Origin: Minisyncoccia bacterium
Lineage (GTDB): Bacteria > Patescibacteriota > Minisyncoccia > Phycocordibacterales > CALRBL01
Length of the DNA stretch: 64,000 nucleotides
Direction of reading: 5' to 3'
Assembly: GCA_038230075.1 (NCBI GenBank)
Contig: JBBRNV010000001.1
Coordinates: forward strand, 11,672 to 75,671
How positions within the stretch are numbered: position 1 is the first letter of the stretch; each line of letters opens with the position of its first letter. Of the stretch, positions 58,449 through 64,000 are shown one piece after another. The notes below the pieces were generated by a model that was not told the origin of the DNA, did no database searches, and saw only the letters and a program-made list of their open reading frames with translations. A program made the position numbers and the translations under genes.

Positions 58449-59432
58449 GTGCCGTTGAACACCAGTGTAGACATTCTTATGGATCAAACCACACAGGAAT
58501 TGGCTCAAAACCTTTGGAAAGGTTTTGAGCCTGATCTCACCGAAGATCGAAAGAAACGTTGGCAGGAAGTTTCAAGGGAAATGGCAGAGATGGGAGCACC
58601 TCATGTAAGTGAGGAGAGCGTCCATTGTCATTATGCTGACAGGATGCAACTCGAGACATTTCAGAGAGTCAAAGCGGCATTGGGCGATAAGATTCTCATG
58701 AAGCTCTCCGAACCATCACGGTTTGAAGTGTTGTATGTCGAGACCATGATCACCTGCAGCGCTGAATTCAAGCGAGACACCACTTCCGACTTTCAGAAGG
58801 ATATCGACAAGTTTGGTGTCGGCGCTAAGTTTGATGTTGAAAAAGACATCCAAGAAACTGAAAGAGAGCTCCGGAAATCTATCGAGTCGAAATTCAAACT
58901 CGAGATGCTCTTTTGGTCAGCGCTTGAGAAGGGCGGCCTGAAGGATGCTTCTGCGTTTCTTGCTGCTATTGAATTGGTACGGACGACCGCCTCTAACGAT
59001 TTGCAGATCGAAGCCCTCAACTGGAGGATCAACTTGGCAATTTCTCTGAACGATTTTGAGATGTTCAAAGAATCTTTCAAGAGAGCTGTCGGCATGCAGG
59101 ATCAGTTCGAGGATTTCCGCGAGGCTATGGCAAAAGGGATCAGACGTGTCGTGATCGAGAATCTCCTTCAGGGGCTGGAAATGTTGCCTTCTGATTTCGG
59201 TCTTGCTCAGGCACGTCAATCAGAAAAAGATATCCCAGCCTACTTTGAGGAGCAGGCACAGATCTTCCTACGCGAGGCGTTTTTGGAAATCGTAGACAAA
59301 ATGTGCGCTGATCCAGAGCTTGACCTTATAAAGACGGCAAGGATGGCACTAAGCGAGAAGCGCAGAAGCTATCTCCGGGTCAATCCCTGCTTCAAGGACA
59401 TCCTCTTTGTCGAAAAAAAGAAGGAGAAATAA
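58449..59432 (+). CDS. all-alpha hypothetical protein
   Basis: 327-aa ORF (GTG start at 58449, or ATG at 58479) with E/K/L/A-rich helical sequence. GC-rich codons. No recognizable motif. Confidence 0.5.
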   Translation: MPLNTSVDILMDQTTQELAQNLWKGFEPDLTEDRKKRWQEVSREMAEMGAPHVSEESVHCHYADRMQLETFQRVKAALGDKILMKLSEPSRFEVLYVETMITCSAEFKRDTTSDFQKDIDKFGVGAKFDVEKDIQETERELRKSIESKFKLEMLFWSALEKGGLKDASAFLAAIELVRTTASNDLQIEALNWRINLAISLNDFEMFKESFKRAVGMQDQFEDFREAMAKGIRRVVIENLLQGLEMLPSDFGLAQARQSEKDIPAYFEEQAQIFLREAFLEIVDKMCADPELDLIKTARMALSEKRRSYLRVNPCFKDILFVEKKKEK

Positions 59433-59476
59433 GAAAAAGCGAATGAAGCTGAGCAAGGTTCAATCCCAAGCTCACG

Positions 59477-59502
59477 CCCACAAGAAATTGTGGGTTTTTT
59501 TA
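59477..59502 (+). terminator. rho-independent terminator
   Basis: CCCACAA-gaaa-TTGTGGG followed by T8. Confidence 0.55.
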
Positions 59503-59519
59503 TTATCCAGACGAGTAAC

Positions 59520-59548
59520 TTGACAATATATATTAAGTATGATAAGAT
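59520..59548 (+). promoter_or_regulatory. candidate promoter TTGACA-N17-TAAGAT
   Basis: Same -35/-10/spacing and shared TGATAAGAT as the 57738 candidate. Confidence 0.35.
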
Positions 59549-59676
59549 AATAAAGTAAGTTCTTTGAAAGGTGTCATCCTGTTGAGTTTGGAAGAAAGGA
59601 CATAATTGACTTGCTAGCAAAATGCTAAGCGAATTATGTACTTTCTCACCACACTCAACTCAAAGGAAAAAACACC

Positions 59677-60198
59677 ATGAATATCAAGAAATTGCTCGTT
59701 ATCGATGACCAACCCTGCAACGTCGCGTCTGCTCACTTGACCCTTAAGGAGGGTTACGACTACAAAGTCGTGGACAACATCACTGCCGCCTACGACCTAC
59801 TGAAGTCGGGCGAGAAGTTCGACGTCGTCCTGACCGACCTGTGGCTGCCTCGTGGCGACTTCACTGGCGCCATGCGTGGTGGGGACACAGCAGCAACCCC
59901 TATCGCGGCTGGCCTGATCTTCGCGATCAGGGCCATGAACGAAGGCATGAAGGTCGTCATCTGCACGGACAGCGATCATCACCAGGATCGGCTCTGCTCG
60001 GTCATGGATCTCATCAACGATGGAACGCATGACAAAGAAAAGGCCATCTACTTCGTTGAAGCGAGAACCTGTCCGGTGGAGGGCGCCTGGGAGAACGGTG
60101 AAATCGTTCTCTCCGACGACTGGTATAAAAAGCCCGGTCCGCACCCGAAGAACTGGCTTCAAGCGATGAAAGTCGCCGGCCTCGTTCCTTACCGGTAA
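59677..60198 (+). CDS. stand-alone atypical receiver (REC, CheY-like) domain protein
   Basis: KLLVIDDQ ... KFDVVLTDLWLP ... KVVICTDSDHHQD. Paralog of the C-terminal half of 56834..57649. GC-rich codons. Confidence 0.6.
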   Translation: MNIKKLLVIDDQPCNVASAHLTLKEGYDYKVVDNITAAYDLLKSGEKFDVVLTDLWLPRGDFTGAMRGGDTAATPIAAGLIFAIRAMNEGMKVVICTDSDHHQDRLCSVMDLINDGTHDKEKAIYFVEARTCPVEGAWENGEIVLSDDWYKKPGPHPKNWLQAMKVAGLVPYR

Positions 60199-60258
60199 TA
60201 GTGGTGCACCCACTCGGTGAAGTAACCGACGAGTTCAATCCTCGTAAAACTTTCAAAC

Positions 60259-60296
60259 AACACTGCAAGATTCGTTCTGCGGTGTTTACTTTTTAT
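60259..60296 (+). terminator. rho-independent terminator
   Basis: AACACTGCA-agattcgttc-TGCGGTGTT followed by TACTTTTTAT. Confidence 0.5.
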
Positions 60297-60336
60297 AAAA
60301 CGTGGCTGTTTAAGAAAAAAATGCTAAAATAATAAT

Positions 60337-60900
60337 GTGAACATCCTGCCGCAACTTATTATCAACTCAATCATTGCAGGATCAATCTATTCCTTGGTTG
60401 CCCTTGGTTTTAATCTGATATATGGAACTACGAAGTTTTTTAACCTCGCTCACGGAGTCTTGGCTGCCATCGGAGGATACGCTGTTTTCTACCTCTCGAA
60501 ATCTTTGGATCTTCCTTTGATACCAAGCGCAATCATCGGAATCTGTATCGCTGGACTCATAGGCTTTTTGATAGATAAAACTATCTTTCGAGCACTCCGA
60601 AAAAGGAAGGCTTCGGGCATGGTGTTTCTGGTTGCATCGCTCGGTATCATGACAGCACTTCAAGCGGTCATTGCAATAATTTTCTCAAGCCAGTTTCAGA
60701 CACTTTCTACAGGGTCATTCAAGGTATACGAAATTGCCGGTGGAGTGATTACGCAAGTACAGGTAATTATTTTGTTGCTCTCCATTCTTATTATGTTCGG
60801 ACTTGCGATACTTTTAAAATACACTCGATTTGGCAAAGCAGTAAGAGCTATAAGCGATGACGAGGAAGTATCGAAGATTTATGGAAGTGCTTGGTCATGA
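60337..60900 (+). pseudogene. truncated livH-like branched-chain amino acid ABC permease (N-terminal ~185 aa only)
   Basis: Aligns to the LivH N-terminus (GSIYSLVALGFNLIYGTTKFFNLAHG) through the RFGKAVRAI..IYG region, then terminates. No continuation in the other frames. livM/livG/livF are absent downstream. Confidence 0.6.
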
Positions 60901-61091
60901 GACACCTTCAGAAGCTCTGACGAGATTTAGACAAAGAAAAAGACCTCGTTCTAATTGAGGCCTGGCGGTAGGGCATCGAGAGCTCGATGATCTATACCAT
61001 GATGTATGGAAAACAAGCTGAAAAGCGATATCGCAAATTTAGGGGACAATAGACCCTTTCTTAAATAAAAGGCGCTTGCTATAATTGACGA

Positions 61092-61232
61092 GTGAAGAAT
61101 AAAGCAGCCCAAGAACTAGGTAAAAAAGGTGGCCTAAAGACCAAGAAGAAATATGGTAAAAAGTATTTCAAGAAACTTGGTCAAAAAGCCGCAAAAGTAC
61201 GGTGGGGAAAAATCAAACCCGCCGTTGCTTGA
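61092..61232 (+). CDS. small basic KGG-motif-like ORF (possible remnant)
   Basis: GTG-initiated 46-codon ORF ELGKKGGLKTKKKYGKKYFKKLGQKAAK resembling stress-induced KGG repeat peptides. TTGCTATAAT -10-like element just upstream. No clear RBS. Confidence 0.2.
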   Translation: MKNKAAQELGKKGGLKTKKKYGKKYFKKLGQKAAKVRWGKIKPAVA

Positions 61233-61406
61233 TATATATCGAGCGCTTGGTATGATGTCCTTCAAAGAGTAACTTGAAAATCACATAAAAAGGCTTGCTC
61301 GCCTACTAAGGCCGGAAAAGGGCATTTATGGGCTTAGTAGACGGGCAAATCGACGAATCTCAAGATTTATAGGGCTATTTCGACAAAGTAGCCACTGTTT
61401 ACGAAG

Positions 61407-62339
61407 ATGGTACTGTCATGGAGTTTAAGATATAATTACTTAATGCATCACGAACTATTTATTGCCATCTTGGCAGGTCTTGGAGGAATGTTAGGTTGGG
61501 GATTAGCAGATCTTTTTGCAAAAAAAACGATTGATGAAATTGGTGATGTTGTCAGTTTGGCGTGGGGCCACATTTTCGGCACCATCATTTTGGCTTTAGT
61601 TGCTGTATATCAATTTGGAAGCGGTCATAGTATTTCAATACCACATGATACTCAAACATGGTTTTATTTACTTTTATTTGGAATAGTGCAGGCAACAATC
61701 TATCTTTTGGTCTATCAAGGATTCGGAAAAGGTCAGGTGGCAATTTTAAATCCTGTGTTCGCGTCTTTTTCAGGAATCACCGCACTTTTATCAATTCTTA
61801 TTTTTGGTGAAATTGTGAGTGGATTTGTTTTACTTGGTCTTATCACTTTATTTATCGGAATCATTCTCATCAGTGCTGATTTTCAAGCGCTTAAAGCAAG
61901 AAATTACAGCTTCTCTCATGTTAAAGGGTTACGAGAAGTTGTTCTTGCCACTATTCTTGCTGCTTTTTGGACATTACTTTGGGATAAGTTTATCAATGGT
62001 CATGATTGGATCTCATATGCCTTGTTTATGTATCTATTCATGACTGTGGTGATATTAATTGTTGCAAAGATGCGCAATATTAATCTTGTTGTTACTAAAA
62101 AACACACATGGAAATACTTAATTCTTATTGGTGTTTGTGAAACTATTGCGTATTTAGCTATTAGTCTAGGATACAGCACCACATTTCACCTCAGTGTCGT
62201 TGCAATTTTAAGTGGGGCATTTTCACTCCCAACAATTATTCTTGCAAGAACTTTCTTAAAAGAAAAAACAACACAAGTACAACTTTCAGGTTCTCTTGTT
62301 ATTATTCTTGGAATAATAATTTTGGCTGTGTTACAATAA
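61407..62339 (+). CDS. DMT superfamily (EamA-like) transporter
   Basis: 10 predicted TM helices in two 5-TM halves. A more likely start is the ATG at about 61443 (MHHELFIAIL). Confidence 0.7.
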   Translation: MVLSWSLRYNYLMHHELFIAILAGLGGMLGWGLADLFAKKTIDEIGDVVSLAWGHIFGTIILALVAVYQFGSGHSISIPHDTQTWFYLLLFGIVQATIYLLVYQGFGKGQVAILNPVFASFSGITALLSILIFGEIVSGFVLLGLITLFIGIILISADFQALKARNYSFSHVKGLREVVLATILAAFWTLLWDKFINGHDWISYALFMYLFMTVVILIVAKMRNINLVVTKKHTWKYLILIGVCETIAYLAISLGYSTTFHLSVVAILSGAFSLPTIILARTFLKEKTTQVQLSGSLVIILGIIILAVLQ

Positions 62340-62364
62340 CCAAATATTCGAGCGTAGTACTTCA

Positions 62365-63504
62365 ATGTCACACACTTCAAAAAATGAATTTGATCAATCG
62401 GTTCTAGAGAGTCTTCAACACACAACTCCCTTTTTCCTTTTTTCTCGTAACAGACTTGTTGAAAAATTTAAAGAATTTCAAACGTTTTTTCCTGGATCAA
62501 TTATTCACTATGCAATGAAGGCAAATTCTGAGCCTGAAATTCTGAAATTACTTTTTAATGAAGGATGTGGTTTTGAAGTTGCGTCAGTATACGAACTTCA
62601 CATGTTGAAAGACATAGGTGTGCCTGGAGATAAAATCATCTACGGTAGCTCTGTTAAACCATCTGCTCACATTAAAGAATTTTTTGATTATGGTGTTAAT
62701 CGATTTTCATTCGATTCATTATCTGAGCTTGAAAAAATAGCGGCGGTTGCTCCTGGTGCGAACGTATATGTTCGAATTACTGCAAACGATACAGGGAGTG
62801 TGTTTAAGTTTTCCGAAAAATTTGGAACAGATAAAGAAAACGCAGTTCCTCTTCTTGTTCGAGCAAAAGAACTAGGACTACATCCGTATGGAATAAGTTT
62901 TCATGTTGGTTCACAAGCCAATAATCCAATGGCGTGGGCGCATGCCCTTGAAAGTATTCACCAAACACTTCAACACCTACTTACACTCGATATAAAACTT
63001 GATGTTATTAATATCGGAGGAGGATTTCCTTGTAACTACGCTTCAAGTGAAAAAGATTTACCACTTAAAGAGATTGCGGAACACACACTCGCTCAACACA
63101 AGAAACTTCCATATCAACCAAAGCTTATTTTAGAACCGGGAAGAGGAATGGTGGCAACGACAGGAATATTAGTTGCAAGTATTATCGGAAGAATTGAAAG
63201 GCGGGGAAATACGTGGCTCTTTCTAGACACCGGTGTATATGATTCACTCTATGAAGCTATGGCTTACCAAGGATCAACACGATATCGAGTGAGCAGTATG
63301 CGTTCGTCGTTTGACTCTGGTGAATCAATATTTGCACTTGCGGGCCCAACAGGAGATTCTCCCGATATTATTATGAGAGAAGCACTACTTCCACACGACA
63401 TGTCAGTCGGAGATAAGTTAGTGATTCATGATGTTGGTGCCTACAGCTTAGTGGTTTCGAGTCGATTTAATGGCTTTCCAAGGCCTGGTGTTCATTTTAT
63501 ATAA
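62365..63504 (+). CDS. PLP-dependent decarboxylase, Orn/DAP/Arg decarboxylase family 2 (ODC or carboxynorspermidine decarboxylase-like)
   Basis: HYAMKAN (PLP lysine), INIGGGFP, ILEPGRGMVA motifs. 379 aa. Confidence 0.8.
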   Translation: MSHTSKNEFDQSVLESLQHTTPFFLFSRNRLVEKFKEFQTFFPGSIIHYAMKANSEPEILKLLFNEGCGFEVASVYELHMLKDIGVPGDKIIYGSSVKPSAHIKEFFDYGVNRFSFDSLSELEKIAAVAPGANVYVRITANDTGSVFKFSEKFGTDKENAVPLLVRAKELGLHPYGISFHVGSQANNPMAWAHALESIHQTLQHLLTLDIKLDVINIGGGFPCNYASSEKDLPLKEIAEHTLAQHKKLPYQPKLILEPGRGMVATTGILVASIIGRIERRGNTWLFLDTGVYDSLYEAMAYQGSTRYRVSSMRSSFDSGESIFALAGPTGDSPDIIMREALLPHDMSVGDKLVIHDVGAYSLVVSSRFNGFPRPGVHFI

Positions 63505-63538
63505 TTGACAGATAGGGTAGTAGGCGTAAACTTTAGAT

Positions 63539-64000
63539 ATGTTTAATACCTCCCAAAAAGTTAGTCTTACTTTTTTCTTATTACTTGTAGTATTTTGGGT
63601 CACCCTAGCAGTCACAAAAACAACTGAAGGAATATATAACTACACATTTTCATTTCTTTTTGGATTAATTCCTCTTGTTGGTGGAATTATTGCGATGTTT
63701 ACTTCAAGAATGTGGGGAGGTTTAAAAACAGCACTCGGAAAAGCAATATTTTTTATTGGATTTGGAGTATTTTTATGGGGTTGCGGAGAAACAATTTGGT
63801 CATATTACAACTTCTTTTTAGGAATTGCAGCACCATATCCGTCACTTGCAGATCTAGGCTTCGCTCCAAGTATTTTCTTCTACGGCCTTGGAACTTTCTA
63901 TTTATCAAAGGTAACTGGTGCAAAGTATGGTTTACGAAGTAAGGCTGCAAAATTCTTTGTAACACTTGCACCGCTCATTATTTTAATTCTTTCATACTAC
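63539..64000 (+). CDS. polytopic membrane protein, 3'-truncated by window end
   Basis: Open frame from ATG 63539 to the window edge (154 codons) encoding hydrophobic helices. Not in the supplied ORF track because there is no stop codon in the window. Confidence 0.4.
   Translation, partial: MFNTSQKVSLTFFLLLVVFWVTLAVTKTTEGIYNYTFSFLFGLIPLVGGIIAMFTSRMWGGLKTALGKAIFFIGFGVFLWGCGETIWSYYNFFLGIAAPYPSLADLGFAPSIFFYGLGTFYLSKVTGAKYGLRSKAAKFFVTLAPLIILILSYY

Larger units (their letters stand above)
56821..60300. other. GC-rich foreign-looking gene island inserted between liv SBP gene and livH-like remnant
   Basis: Coding regions have markedly higher GC and GC3-rich codons (gcc, ctc, ccg, cgc) versus AT-rich flanks. 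Intergenic promoters and terminators inside are AT-rich. No tRNA, integrase or direct repeats seen at the edges. Confidence 0.6.

Noticed and set aside
58793-60268. Antisense ORFs 58793..59095-, 58917..59219-, 59797..60213-, 59841..60032+, 60014..60268- in the island
   Set aside because: Same GC-rich alternative-frame artifact. They are Arg-rich with no features, and overlap the 327-aa and REC-like genes.

Overview
The window is AT-rich (about 35-37% GC by eye), compact bacterial DNA with short or overlapping gene junctions. The composition and gene content would fit a Patescibacteria/CPR-like genome (for example a short ProS without the INS domain), but this cannot be proven from sequence alone.

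Most of the window is housekeeping. It holds enolase, iPGM, ProS, mreB-mreC-(mreD-like)-pbp2-tgt, uvrB, uvrA, a short uvrC, ddl, ychF, xseA/xseB and rsmG. There is one tRNA-Ala(TGC) on the minus strand, and an ABC exporter pair.

The accessory modules are:
- an isoprenoid/carotenoid-type cluster (polyprenyl synthase, phytoene/squalene synthase, CrtI-family desaturase, convergent UbiA-family prenyltransferase), with a second squalene/phytoene-synthase paralog 17 kb away;
- an ApbE flavin transferase next to a membrane-anchored FMN-binding-domain substrate;
- a beta-mannoside utilisation cluster (eukaryotic-type phosphomannomutase, type-II PMI cupin, two tandem GH130 genes, one with two complete GH130 domains);
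- two ECF sigma factor / putative anti-sigma pairs;
- a pilin-containing minus-strand operon (rsmG - small membrane protein - pilin - rluB).

The most striking feature is a roughly 3.5 kb block at 56.82-60.30 kb whose coding regions are GC-rich (roughly 55-60%) while its promoters and terminators are AT-rich. It sits exactly between a Liv-type substrate-binding-protein gene and a truncated livH-like permease pseudogene. It encodes two paralogous atypical receiver-domain (CheY-like) proteins, a lipoprotein and an all-helical hypothetical protein. No kinase or mobility gene is present, and each gene has its own promoter and terminator. This is the best candidate for an undescribed module.

Several 280-470 nt intergenic regions around uvrB/uvrA/uvrC are locally GC-rich and full of stable hairpins, so they are candidate structured RNAs. 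I could not assign them to a known family.
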